Shown: in pieces, positions 8,399 to 17,473 of the stretch
Position numbering within the stretch: position 1 is the first letter of the stretch
Layout: each line of letters opens with the position of its first letter
Virus record (IMG/VR): IMGVR_UViG_3300027714_000004
Coordinates: 81,427-145,426 of that record
Strand: one strand, 5' to 3'
From: a virus
DNA: 64,000 nucleotides
Notes under the pieces: generated by a model
Told to the model about the DNA's origin: nothing
What the model saw: the letters and a program-made list of their open reading frames with translations, nothing else
Databases searched by the model: none
Program-made: the position numbers and the translations under genes

Positions 8399-8463
8399 TT
8401 GACAATTGTTTGTGAAACATGTATAATACTTGTATTGAATTGATAAAGAGAGAGATGATTATG
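8399..8463 (+). promoter_or_regulatory. Early promoter/RBS cassette, copy 8 (diverged)
   Basis: TTGACA-17-TATAAT...AATTGATAAAGAGAGAGA...TTATG. Confidence 0.75.
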
Positions 8464-8694
8464 TTTTATGCGAAACCAAAGATGACCAATCACCATGACG
8501 CAGCTTACTTCAACACCGTTACCGAAGCTGTTTCATTCCTAAACGAGTACAACCAGTTAGGCCCTGAACATGAGAGTGACGGATTTTCCAATAGTGTCGC
8601 TAAACTTCAAGCCGAAGACTTTTGGATGCTAGGTAAGTTGACTGGCCCAGAGGGTGTCCAGTTTAAGAATAACAAAGTAGTGGAGGTAGCGTAA
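8461..8694 (+). CDS. Hypothetical early protein
   Basis: Starts at the cassette ATG. Confidence 0.65.
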   Translation: MFYAKPKMTNHHDAAYFNTVTEAVSFLNEYNQLGPEHESDGFSNSVAKLQAEDFWMLGKLTGPEGVQFKNNKVVEVA

Positions 8695-8695
8695 C

Positions 8696-9013
8696 ATGGG
8701 TATGATTGCTGAGATTTTTCGTTCTGATATGAGTGACTGTTCTAACGGTGGTATGAGTTCACAGTACACTGCGGTGACTGTAGTGAATGTTGATGGCCCG
8801 TTCGAACCTACTGTTGGTCGACCTGCCGTTGAGATAGTTAAAGGGTACCTAGAAGGTACATGTCACATTCGTCCAGTTTACTTAGCGGAAGACCGTCCTA
8901 TGATGGGTGGTACTTATATCGCGACATCAGATAGTCGATTCAATGAAAAGGTTAGAGAGATAACTGGTGGACGACACGCTGGTGCGGTTCCTTTCCACGA
9001 TAGGTCTGAATAA
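8696..9013 (+). CDS. Hypothetical phage protein (DCSNGG...MMGGTYIATSDSRF...HDR)
   Basis: GGAGG RBS; recurrent phage motif. Confidence 0.7.
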   Translation: MGMIAEIFRSDMSDCSNGGMSSQYTAVTVVNVDGPFEPTVGRPAVEIVKGYLEGTCHIRPVYLAEDRPMMGGTYIATSDSRFNEKVREITGGRHAGAVPFHDRSE

Positions 9014-9273
9014 TGTTAAAACATAATGATTCCTCGACTGAACTGTTAACCATCTTACAAGAAGAATGTGCAGAGGTTATTGTAGAAGTTTCCAAAATAA
9101 AACGATTCGGTCAAGATCAACAGAACATTGACCGTCTCGCCAAAGAAGTGGGTGACTTAGTCTGTATGATTGAGTTGCTCCAAGAATGGGAAGTGGTATC
9201 TTATAGTGCGGTTGAAGATGCACGTCAAGAGAAGCTTCTTAAACTTGCCAAGTGGTCTGACCTTCCTTTATGA
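9013..9273 (+). CDS. MazG-like nucleotide pyrophosphohydrolase
   Basis: EECAEV...KEVGDL acidic helix-pair motif. Confidence 0.7.
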   Translation: MLKHNDSSTELLTILQEECAEVIVEVSKIKRFGQDQQNIDRLAKEVGDLVCMIELLQEWEVVSYSAVEDARQEKLLKLAKWSDLPL

Positions 9274-9287
9274 TTCGGAGAACTGAT

Positions 9288-9440
9288 ATGTCAAAGAAAA
9301 CATCTGTAACAAGATCCAATCCGGTCGCGAAGTACGCGTCGAAGGTCAATCGTGCCGCTACTCACATGGATAGGAAGAAAGAATCCAAGAAGCAGGGGCA
9401 GTACTCTAAAGAAGAACTATATCCTAATAACGGATTTTAA
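9288..9440 (+). CDS. Small basic protein, 50 aa (MSKKTSVTRSNPVAKYASKVNRAATHMDRKK...)
   Basis: Hand translation; GGAG RBS. Confidence 0.6.
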   Translation: MSKKTSVTRSNPVAKYASKVNRAATHMDRKKESKKQGQYSKEELYPNNGF

Positions 9441-9453
9441 TTCTTCTTGCCCC

Positions 9454-9482
9454 TTGACACAAACCATATAATAAGGTATAAT
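9454..9482 (+). promoter_or_regulatory. Sigma70-like promoter
   Basis: TTGACA-17-TATAAT. Confidence 0.7.
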
Positions 9483-9716
9483 ATGTCCATATCAAAAGAA
9501 GTACGTTATGCAATGATTCGACGAGCAGCACTGAAGATTCAAAAGCATAATAAGCACAGTAAGATTATTAAATCAAATAAACGTCTTGCTGATGAAGTAG
9601 TAAGTCTTGATCGACAGGACTATAAGTCGAACGTACGTTGGAGTGACGAAGAGAGATATGTTGATGCTCACTTCTCCGATGTACATAAAGCCACCCAAAA
9701 TAAGGATTGGAATTAA
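9483..9716 (+). CDS. Hypothetical basic protein (start uncertain)
   Basis: From the ORF track. Confidence 0.5.
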   Translation: MSISKEVRYAMIRRAALKIQKHNKHSKIIKSNKRLADEVVSLDRQDYKSNVRWSDEERYVDAHFSDVHKATQNKDWN

Positions 9717-10012
9717 TGTCTGAAGTACCAACAAACCTAATTGACCTAGGTCAATATCCGAAGAACGATGTAGAACTGATCGCACGAGAGTTCCTACGTT
9801 GTGTCTACTTGGATACTCTAGATCTCTACGTCAAAGACTATTCAAGTCTAGGCGAAGATGATGAGTCGCGTAAGAATGTTATCGCTAGTCTGCAAGCTTT
9901 TGAATATACAATTTCCGTATTAGACGGTAATCAAGACTTCCTTGATGCTATCCATACAGAAGCAGAAGCTGCTGCAGCTAAACCAGAAGATGAAGAATTT
10001 GAACGTTTCTAA
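9716..10012 (+). CDS. Hypothetical acidic protein
   Basis: TAATG coupling. Confidence 0.6.
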   Translation: MSEVPTNLIDLGQYPKNDVELIAREFLRCVYLDTLDLYVKDYSSLGEDDESRKNVIASLQAFEYTISVLDGNQDFLDAIHTEAEAAAAKPEDEEFERF

Positions 10013-10022
10013 GGAGAAACAC

Positions 10023-10295
10023 ATGTATAGTTATGATAAAGTAATTGAACAATTGAAGACCAATGTACTTCAGGTTACCTTTGACAAGGTAAATGGAGAG
10101 CGAAGAATTATGCCATGTACCCTACAGATTGATTACATGACTGACCCTTCCAAAGAATTGTCCGAGTCTAAAGTAAGCCAAGTAGAGTCCAAGTCGGTGA
10201 ATAAATCTGTCATCCGTGCATTCGCAATTGATAAGCAATCTTGGAGATCTTTCCGAGTTGACAATATCTCAGCGATTGAGGTAATAAATGGATGA
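10023..10295 (+). CDS. DUF2693/WYL-like SH3-barrel protein
   Basis: VTFDKVNGERRIMPCTL and IDKQSWRSFRVD motifs; AAGGAG RBS. Confidence 0.7.
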   Translation: MYSYDKVIEQLKTNVLQVTFDKVNGERRIMPCTLQIDYMTDPSKELSESKVSQVESKSVNKSVIRAFAIDKQSWRSFRVDNISAIEVING

Positions 10296-10527
10296 ATTAA
10301 AACTCGAAGATAAACTGATCACCAAGAAGTCCTTCTCTTCTATGACAGAGAGTTTCGTGTTCCGGAACAGAATGACCTATATGGATACTATAGTACATCT
10401 ATGTGAAAAGAATAACCTAGAGTTAGAAGATGTTAAAAAATACTTGTCTACCACAATTGTGGAACATCTAGAAAGTGAAGCACGTCAGTTGAATTTCCTG
10501 CCAAAACAGAATCAACTAGACGTATAA
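10288..10527 (+). CDS. gp33: Late-transcription coactivator gp33
   Basis: YMDTIVHLCE...LESEARQLNFL motif; position upstream of gp32. Confidence 0.8.
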   Translation: MDELKLEDKLITKKSFSSMTESFVFRNRMTYMDTIVHLCEKNNLELEDVKKYLSTTIVEHLESEARQLNFLPKQNQLDV

Positions 10528-10606
10528 GTAGTACTGCCCTTATGGGTAATCTCATACATTGTTTATACATTGTTTATATTTAAGTTAATATTATTAAGGA
10601 AGTTTT

Positions 10607-11551
10607 ATGTCTTTTGCAAACCTCAAGTCCAAGTCTATGGACATCTCAAAGCTAGTCACCGCTGCAAACGTAGCAACCGGACAAGCAAGTAACACAAACA
10701 AATATCAAGACGATCGCAAGTGGAAGCCTACTGTTGATGAACAGGGTAATGGCTACGCAGTTATTCGTTTTCTTCCTGCTACTGAAGGTCAAGATCTTCC
10801 GTGGGTACGCTACTGGGATCACGCCTTTAAAGGTATTACCGGACAGTGGTACATCGAACGTTCATTGACTACACTAGGTCAGAACGATCCATTAGGTGAG
10901 TTGAACTCTCGTCTATGGAACTCAGGTATCGAAGAAGACAAGGAAACTGCACGTAAGCAGAAGCGCCGTCTGCACTACGTTACTAACATCCAAGTTATTA
11001 ACGACCCCGCAAACCCTGCCAACAACGGTAAGGTAATGATCTACGAGTTCGGTAAGAAGATCTTTGATAAGATCATGGATCAGATGCAACCAGAATTTCC
11101 TGGCGAGACTCCGGTCAATCCTTTCGACTTCTGGACAGGTGCTGATTTCGAACTGAAGATTCGTAAAGTTGCGGGTTACAGAAACTATGATAAGTCGGAC
11201 TTCAAGTCGCCTTCTGCATTCCTAGGATCAGATGAGACTCAGTTGGAATCAGTGTATAACTCACTGTATGACTTAAACGAGTTCATTATCCCCAACTACC
11301 CGAACGCGTTTGACTCGAACTGGTTCAAGTCTTATGACGATCTCAAGTCTAAGTTGGAAACTGTACTAGGTCTTGCGACTGGTGCTGGGTCAACACTGAA
11401 GAACGAAGCATTAGCACAGACTGCTGAAGCTGCTCCGATTCGATCAGCAGTTGAACCTACTGTTGTCGCTGCTGCTCCTGCTGCGGTTGCTGCTGTCGCA
11501 GAAGAAGATGACACACTGTCTTACTTCGCGCAGATGGCTGCCGAAGATTAA
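10607..11551 (+). CDS. gp32: Single-stranded DNA-binding protein gp32
   Basis: DDRKWKP..D..GNGYAVIRFLP, GKKIFDKI, NYDKSDF motifs and an acidic tail. Confidence 0.95.
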   Translation: MSFANLKSKSMDISKLVTAANVATGQASNTNKYQDDRKWKPTVDEQGNGYAVIRFLPATEGQDLPWVRYWDHAFKGITGQWYIERSLTTLGQNDPLGELNSRLWNSGIEEDKETARKQKRRLHYVTNIQVINDPANPANNGKVMIYEFGKKIFDKIMDQMQPEFPGETPVNPFDFWTGADFELKIRKVAGYRNYDKSDFKSPSAFLGSDETQLESVYNSLYDLNEFIIPNYPNAFDSNWFKSYDDLKSKLETVLGLATGAGSTLKNEALAQTAEAAPIRSAVEPTVVAAAPAAVAAVAEEDDTLSYFAQMAAED

Positions 11552-11576
11552 TAATCCCAGTGTAGTGTGAAACCGG

Positions 11577-11604
11577 AAAGGGACTCGAAAGAGTCCCTTT
11601 TTTT
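11577..11604. terminator. Rho-independent terminator, possibly bidirectional
   Basis: AAAGGGACTC-GAAA-GAGTCCCTTT-TTTT between convergent genes. Confidence 0.9.
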
Positions 11605-13105
11605 ATACTGATCTTCCTTGGTCGAAGGGATCCGCAGAATTATTCGAAGCTACGAGTACAGGGGCAGGAGCACTAGCAGCAGGTGCCGCAGATGTTCTAG
11701 AACTATTATCCATCATGACGATGTTAGCAGTCGCTTTAACTACATCGTTCTCCTTGACTGCACTATTTAACTGATTTGATCCAGTTGGTTTGTTGGTTGC
11801 TCCCGCCGCAGAAATATCGTCCTTACCATTGAGAAGGTAATCCAACCCCTTTCCAGACTCACCCCCCGAACCGATCAATATCGCTAAGTTCGCAAAGGAG
11901 AATACTTCCTTAGCTCTTTTAAATACTCTAGCCATCATTTCGGTCATATTGGTGAAGACTTCTTTCATAAACTCTACTGGCGAATCTATGAAGTTTGCAA
12001 TACCTTCTTTAATAGACTCGTACGCTGCACCGAAACTGAATGAGTCTAAGAACGCCGAGAATTTCTTGAATCCGAGTTTTTCGGATACCCAAGAGATTGC
12101 GTCCTTAACCATATCCGCAAGGTCGACAACAAAGAATTTTAATAGGTCGTCTATGATATTTTTGAGCGTACCGAAACCAAATTCACCGGACATTAAATCA
12201 CTAACAATATTCTTACCTACGATGAATGCAGCTGCTAGAGGGGCGAATATTTTTGATACTAGTTTAAAAACTGACCCAAAGGTTTTCGCGAAAGAACCAA
12301 ATTTAGTTCCTAGTTTCTGAAAGAACTCCATCACCTTTGCGATAGGGCCAGTAGTTTTACTTCCTCCTGCAAAGGAAAGGGTTTTCCCCAGAACTTCGAA
12401 GGGTTTCATGAATGACTTAAATCTCTCGCTCACCTTCGCTATAACTTGACCTAACTTACTTTCGGTGAACATGACCTTTAACTTAGTTCCCCATCCAGAT
12501 ATCATTTTACCGACAAAGGTGAAACCCTCTCTTACTTTACCGAGTCCAGTCATGAATACTTGTGTTATCGCCTTTCCGATTTCGATAGGGAATTTTACGA
12601 TCTTGGATATGAATTTAGGTGTCAGGAACTTGATAATCGCACCTAACGGTTTGAATAGTCCTGATATAGATCCTGCAAGAGTACCCATTGCAACTGCCGC
12701 AAGAGATGCGAACAGTCCTAATCTAGTTAGCATCTCCGATGGTTTGTCGTCTTTCTTCGGGTCGTCCTCTTCCTTCGAGGCACCTATATTTTGAATAGCT
12801 TCCAACAGGGAACTTTGCCAGATCTTAGTTTCGTTTCTACTTTCCAGATCATCTCCGGATGTATTAGATCCACCTTTAGATAGGTTTCTACGGATGTAAC
12901 CAAGATGACCAAACATCTGACTCAGAAGATTCTCGCTACGACCCACGCGCATAACGACATTTTCCATGACACCTTTCAGTGCCTCAGAATTGCTGGTCTG
13001 TACCTTAGTCTGGTTTTCTTGCCCGTCAATAAGCACTTTACTTTGTACGGACTGTCCATCGCGGACAGATTCTAGTTTACCAGATACTTCTTTGAGAGTT
13101 GCCAT
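11603..13105 (-). CDS. Tail tape-measure / baseplate hub protein (gp29-like)
   Basis: Amphipathic helical sequence rich in F, G and K; position after gp26/gp51. Confidence 0.6.
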   Translation of the reverse strand: MATLKEVSGKLESVRDGQSVQSKVLIDGQENQTKVQTSNSEALKGVMENVVMRVGRSENLLSQMFGHLGYIRRNLSKGGSNTSGDDLESRNETKIWQSSLLEAIQNIGASKEEDDPKKDDKPSEMLTRLGLFASLAAVAMGTLAGSISGLFKPLGAIIKFLTPKFISKIVKFPIEIGKAITQVFMTGLGKVREGFTFVGKMISGWGTKLKVMFTESKLGQVIAKVSERFKSFMKPFEVLGKTLSFAGGSKTTGPIAKVMEFFQKLGTKFGSFAKTFGSVFKLVSKIFAPLAAAFIVGKNIVSDLMSGEFGFGTLKNIIDDLLKFFVVDLADMVKDAISWVSEKLGFKKFSAFLDSFSFGAAYESIKEGIANFIDSPVEFMKEVFTNMTEMMARVFKRAKEVFSFANLAILIGSGGESGKGLDYLLNGKDDISAAGATNKPTGSNQLNSAVKENDVVKATANIVMMDNSSRTSAAPAASAPAPVLVASNNSADPFDQGRSV

Positions 13106-13108
13106 ATC

Positions 13109-13264
13109 TTACCCTTGTTGTTTTGCTCTTTCGTTTTTCTCTTTGATGTCTTCTATCAACATCGTCAAGTAAATCTCTCTCTCCCACGGAATCATTGTTT
13201 CGACCTCTTCCAACGAGTAACTAAAATTATTAAGAAGCTGGAAGTTAACCTGATAGTAATTCAT
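13109..13264 (-). CDS. gp51-like baseplate hub assembly segment, probably reached by frameshift from the upstream ORF
   Basis: NYYQVNFQL...YSLEEVETMIPWEREIY motif; no SD before ATG 13264. Confidence 0.7.
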   Translation of the reverse strand: MNYYQVNFQLLNNFSYSLEEVETMIPWEREIYLTMLIEDIKEKNERAKQQG

Positions 13265-13287
13265 CAGGTTATCGTGAGAGAGATTAA

Positions 13288-13995
13288 CTAAAAAAAATCG
13301 TCCATCCCCTTCAATGTTCTTTCGTTCTTGTGGGAGCAAGACGTACATTCAAATTCTATTGTTTGTGTTACTGAAGGTACCGAACTAATGAAGTTGGTGA
13401 TCTTCTCGAACTGTTCTGAAGACATCGAATCTATGAATCCCATGACCTCTTCCTTGGACTCATCTTTCATAGAAATTCTTTCTTCTTCGGTTAAGACTGA
13501 GTCGATACATGCTATGGAGAGCTGTAACATACTTTCCATTTCTGACTTTGAATCTAACAGGGTATCATTCGACAAGAAATCTTCGTATGATGGGTACTTC
13601 ATCTTGATAGATATTTTATCGTTGAGTGCAATTACGCTATCTACAACTTCCCCTACTACTTCGACCTTGTCTATATCAACTTTGACTTCGTTCTCGGTTT
13701 CACATTCAGAGCATTTAGCATTTATATCTGCTGACTCACCGACAGATTTTGCACGTATCTTAGTGAATAGGTAATCTACATCGAAAGTTGCCAAAGTTCC
13801 TTTAATAGGTTCTTCTATACAAGCTTCAATAGTATTCACCACAGAACGCAACATGTCCTTACGGTCTTGTGTTTCGTATGCGATCATCAGTGCTTTCTGT
13901 TCTTTAACTAGGAAGGGACGAAAGGTCGTCTGCTGTCCAGTTGATGGTACGGTAACAGTATAACTTGGGGTATCATTCAGTTTTGGTAATGCCAT
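13288..13995 (-). CDS. gp26: Baseplate hub subunit / assembly chaperone (gp26 family)
   Basis: MALPKL..P.Y...PS.....FRPFLVKEQK and KIRAKSVGE motifs; two CxxC pairs. Confidence 0.8.
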   Translation of the reverse strand: MALPKLNDTPSYTVTVPSTGQQTTFRPFLVKEQKALMIAYETQDRKDMLRSVVNTIEACIEEPIKGTLATFDVDYLFTKIRAKSVGESADINAKCSECETENEVKVDIDKVEVVGEVVDSVIALNDKISIKMKYPSYEDFLSNDTLLDSKSEMESMLQLSIACIDSVLTEEERISMKDESKEEVMGFIDSMSSEQFEKITNFISSVPSVTQTIEFECTSCSHKNERTLKGMDDFF

Positions 13996-14017
13996 GATTT
14001 ATCCTATAATGTAATAA

Positions 14018-14638
14018 TTAAATATATTTTCCGAGATTGAGACTTATCTTGGGTTTTATCAGTTCTCTTTCATCCTTCACTACTTTCCATTTGGTGTAGG
14101 ACAATTGTACCGAGAATTCTACTAGTTGGTCTGCTTCGTTAGACAAAGAGATCGCGTTCAATGATGTTGGGAACGCATCTTCTAGTTCTACTGAGTATAT
14201 AGAACTTCCTAATATATCGAAATCTATACTCAGTGGGCCGAGATCGAATCCGATCCTCATCTGAGGTTTGACAAGTTGATGTAAGGTGACCTTCTTCTGG
14301 TACTGATCCTTATATGCAATATTGCCTCTCTCTTCGTCAATCATCAACGATGTCCACTCGTCGAAGTACTTCTTCACGCCATAGTCGTTTAACATAATGA
14401 AGGTAAGGTTAACGTCCTCCATTAGAAACCCGTTAACGACCTTTTCATTGTACACTCCGACATTCCAATCAAGGGTTGTCAGTTGCTTGCCGGGCAGGTC
14501 AATAGACTTACATAGGACGTTAATGTCACGCCCACCCATGTCTTCTGTCAATGACGGTAAACCAATAGCAAACTGATTCGCCATGGCCATGCCATTTTTC
14601 TGTGCCAGTTTACTTTTTAAATCTTCTATCCCAGACAT
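14018..14638 (-). CDS. gp54: Tail tube initiator (gp54 / gp19-family fold)
   Basis: CKSIDLPG, YFDEW, DAFPTSLNAISLS and FSVQLSY motifs. Confidence 0.65.
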   Translation of the reverse strand: MSGIEDLKSKLAQKNGMAMANQFAIGLPSLTEDMGGRDINVLCKSIDLPGKQLTTLDWNVGVYNEKVVNGFLMEDVNLTFIMLNDYGVKKYFDEWTSLMIDEERGNIAYKDQYQKKVTLHQLVKPQMRIGFDLGPLSIDFDILGSSIYSVELEDAFPTSLNAISLSNEADQLVEFSVQLSYTKWKVVKDERELIKPKISLNLGKYI

Positions 14639-14641
14639 CGA

Positions 14642-15232
14642 TTAACCACCTATCATTTTCTTGGAGTCGCTGTAGACTTTCTTAGAGTTCGCCTTCTTGA
14701 ACTGTGCGGTTGGTAAGAACGTAGCAATCTCCCACTCAGGTGCGGGTACCATTGCGAACTTACTTTGCACATGATCAGTTAGGTAGTGCTTGAAACATGG
14801 TTTAAAATATTTCAACTTACTTGTTCTTGCCAACAACTCATATGACATCTTAAATCGAGTGGAGTTATTAAACTTATTGTTGTTAGTAATATCCATCAAC
14901 GCATCCAACATCTTAGCACGTAGGATAGGTGGAAGGTAATGTAGGTTCAACCCATAGAACCCACCCTCGGCAGGCCCTACAACTATCACTAATGGAAACG
15001 TATCGTAGTACGGTAGTGTGTCCTTATGCTTGGGATCATAGAAGAACATGTACATACTACCAATAGTTTCTTGTGCAGTCTGTTGTAAAGGTTCTTCCTT
15101 CATCAGAGCATCTCTCTTGATACTACGAAGGTTCTTTATCTTATTCCGGAACCAATCACGCGATTCTTTGGTGCGAGGAGTGATACCTGCACGAAACGCT
15201 TGTAGTTCTAATCGTTGAAATATGTTAGACAT
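14642..15232 (-). CDS. gp2: DNA end protector protein
   Basis: FFYDPKHKDTLPYYDTFPL, GLNLHYLPP and FLPTAQF motifs. Confidence 0.9.
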   Translation of the reverse strand: MSNIFQRLELQAFRAGITPRTKESRDWFRNKIKNLRSIKRDALMKEEPLQQTAQETIGSMYMFFYDPKHKDTLPYYDTFPLVIVVGPAEGGFYGLNLHYLPPILRAKMLDALMDITNNNKFNNSTRFKMSYELLARTSKLKYFKPCFKHYLTDHVQSKFAMVPAPEWEIATFLPTAQFKKANSKKVYSDSKKMIGG

Positions 15233-15259
15233 GAATGATTCCGTTAAAATTCTTACTTC

Positions 15260-15267
15260 TATTTATA
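15260..15267 (-). promoter_or_regulatory. Late promoter TATAAATA
   Basis: Exact consensus upstream of gp2. Confidence 0.8.
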
Positions 15268-15841
15268 CAGAAAACATCCATTGATTTGAATCAAGTGTGT
15301 AGTCTTTCGATACAAAGTTGACTAACTTACTGATATCGTCGTATGCTACATCTAATACTAGGAACTGTTTATTCCTAATAGGGTCACTGGTGAACCACTT
15401 TATGGCTGTTGATTGATGTTGAACTCTATATGTCATCCACTCCCACACTACTTCTCTGGGGGTGAGGGGTTTCCCTGCAACCATTACCTGCTGACACTTC
15501 TCCAGTAGAGGAGAACTCATCCTACTCGCTAACCAACTCGCTTCGGTAACATAGTTTAATATAAAGTATGCATCCGGATACGCCTCGTACAGTTGTCGGT
15601 AGTATTGGTTACCTTCGATGTAGTCGTCGTTTTCAAAATAAGTCATCTCGGTATAGACAACACTGTCACTGATGGTGAGTAGTGGATCGTTACCTGCTAC
15701 GAGGTTACGTTTGATAGTCTTCGCAAGATTTCTTCTGCCCGAACTTACGCTTGCGACAGAGCAACCGCTGTCTCGCATAAGATCGCTTAATGGTTGGTTG
15801 GCTGAATGATCCATACCAATGAAGAATATTTTAGGGTTCAT
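15263..15841 (-). CDS. Sulfotransferase-like protein with a degenerate P-loop
   Basis: KIFFIG..., YRQLYEAYPDAYFILN...WLASR and FLVLDV motifs. Confidence 0.55.
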   Translation of the reverse strand: MNPKIFFIGMDHSANQPLSDLMRDSGCSVASVSSGRRNLAKTIKRNLVAGNDPLLTISDSVVYTEMTYFENDDYIEGNQYYRQLYEAYPDAYFILNYVTEASWLASRMSSPLLEKCQQVMVAGKPLTPREVVWEWMTYRVQHQSTAIKWFTSDPIRNKQFLVLDVAYDDISKLVNFVSKDYTLDSNQWMFSV

Positions 15842-16350
15842 TTCTTTTTCTTTCTAAAAGGTGCTAGTTTCTTTAGGGGTTTCTTGGTACGCATCTTCTG
15901 GGTAGACTTGGGCATGATGCCCATAGCAGTCAGTTCCTTCTCAGTCCATATCTCGAAGTGGTACCCACGATCATCTGCATACTTCTTAGCAGCCTTCCAC
16001 TTGGATTGGTTCTTGATGTATGTCATACCTTCGTTCAGGATGGTTCGACGAGACTTACCTTGTTTACGTTCAGGTACCTTAGTCTCCTTGAAAGGTTTGA
16101 CTTCAACTAGAACAACACGACCAGACTTGTACTTGATAACAAAGTCCATGAAGTATCGGTGTGGTCGGTTGTCTGTTTCGCAGATGTAAGGTAGCACGAG
16201 CTCCTCGGACATCCATTGTACTACGTCCAAACTGTCGTCACACCACTTCATTACGTAGCGTTCCCACCCCGAACGGTAGACAACGTTGTCCGCATCCCCA
16301 GCATACTTCTCAGGGTTCTTTGGTTTGTATCTACCTTTATATGTTTTCAT
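15838..16350 (-). CDS. gp4: Head completion nuclease
   Basis: YKG.YKPKNPEKY.GD, YRSGWE, HRYFMDF, VEVKP and NQSKWKAA motifs. Confidence 0.92.
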   Translation of the reverse strand: MKTYKGRYKPKNPEKYAGDADNVVYRSGWERYVMKWCDDSLDVVQWMSEELVLPYICETDNRPHRYFMDFVIKYKSGRVVLVEVKPFKETKVPERKQGKSRRTILNEGMTYIKNQSKWKAAKKYADDRGYHFEIWTEKELTAMGIMPKSTQKMRTKKPLKKLAPFRKKKK

Positions 16351-16363
16351 TCTGAATTATATG

Positions 16364-16388
16364 TATAAATAGTGTAACTATATTTATA
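16364..16388. promoter_or_regulatory. Face-to-face pair of late promoters
   Basis: TATAAATA on + at 16364-16371 and on - at 16381-16388, between divergent gp4 and gp48. Confidence 0.8.
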
Positions 16389-16405
16389 AACATAGGTTTA
16401 CCCTT

Positions 16406-17473
16406 ATGGCAGATCCAAAAGAACCAGAAGTAAAGAAAAGAGACCTTAAAGAGACGGAGTCTCTATATTACCCCTTTCATAAGAATGAGAGGTATGGTGC
16501 CTGTATCACATTCCATCCTAAAATTCTAATTGCACCAGAAGTCGATGGGACAATGGATGAGCAAGGCCTTCGTGAAATGATTGCCGATAAGAAGCGGAAA
16601 GACAAAAAGGCATTAGATGAACTCGAAGAGAAAGTGAAAAACGGGGAAGCGACTCAGGAACAACTTGATGAAGCTCGTATAGCGATGGAGAACAAGTACT
16701 CTTCTATTGCGAATGTCTCTAAAAGCAGTCTTCTTCAAAAAACCAAGACAGATTCTAATAAGAGAGTGAAGTTGTACCTACCTGTTGGGTTATCGACTAC
16801 CGATGGTCTATCGTACACCAATGTTGATTTGGGTATGACTGGTGCCGCCGGTCTTGCGGCATTAGAAAGTGGTTCTGGATTGTCCGGAATGGTTGGTAGT
16901 GCTCTGAAAAATGGATTCCAGTCCGTTACTGATTTATTCGCAGGGAATATCGGTGGTAACGATTTAGGTAAGTTGGCTGCGGTTCGAGGTTCACAGAGTC
17001 TACTAGGTAAGGCAATGCCCGAAGAGTTGAGAAATGCGGTCACCCTTGCAGCTGGTGTTACGATCAACCCTAACACCCGTGCCATGTTCAAGGGAGTTGC
17101 TTTGAGGGAATTTCAATTCCAGTTCAAGTTCATCCCTAGATCAGCGGAAGAGGCGCGAGAGGTTGAAGCGATCATCTATAGGTTTAGAGAGTTTGCATAT
17201 CCCGAAAGTCTGGAACTGACTAGTGGTGTTAGTGCGGGTTACAAATACCCCAACATGTTTTCAATAAACCTAGACTACTATAATGGAGAAAATCCAGAAG
17301 GTATTCCTATTGGTACCAAAATAAAAGATTGCTACTTGAAGTCTATCACTACGAACTACAACTCCTCTTCTCAGGCATACCACAAAGATGGTAAACCAGT
17401 AGAGTACGATTTGACTCTAAGTTTCACAGAAGATGTAGCACTCAACAAGAAAGATATTAAGGACGGTTACTAA
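16406..17473 (+). CDS. gp48: Baseplate tail-tube cap
   Basis: INPNTRAMFKGVALREFQFQFKFIPRSAEEA motif and C-terminal LTLSFTE. Confidence 0.85.
   Translation: MADPKEPEVKKRDLKETESLYYPFHKNERYGACITFHPKILIAPEVDGTMDEQGLREMIADKKRKDKKALDELEEKVKNGEATQEQLDEARIAMENKYSSIANVSKSSLLQKTKTDSNKRVKLYLPVGLSTTDGLSYTNVDLGMTGAAGLAALESGSGLSGMVGSALKNGFQSVTDLFAGNIGGNDLGKLAAVRGSQSLLGKAMPEELRNAVTLAAGVTINPNTRAMFKGVALREFQFQFKFIPRSAEEAREVEAIIYRFREFAYPESLELTSGVSAGYKYPNMFSINLDYYNGENPEGIPIGTKIKDCYLKSITTNYNSSSQAYHKDGKPVEYDLTLSFTEDVALNKKDIKDGY

Noticed and set aside
3159-8463. Repeats as a CRISPR array
   Set aside because: Spacing is 450-1200 bp with whole genes between copies, the repeats contain -35/-10 boxes and an RBS, and there are no cas genes.
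15838-16350. TnsA-like transposase or homing endonuclease
   Set aside because: The motifs and position match the T4 gp4 head completion nuclease, and there are no element ends.
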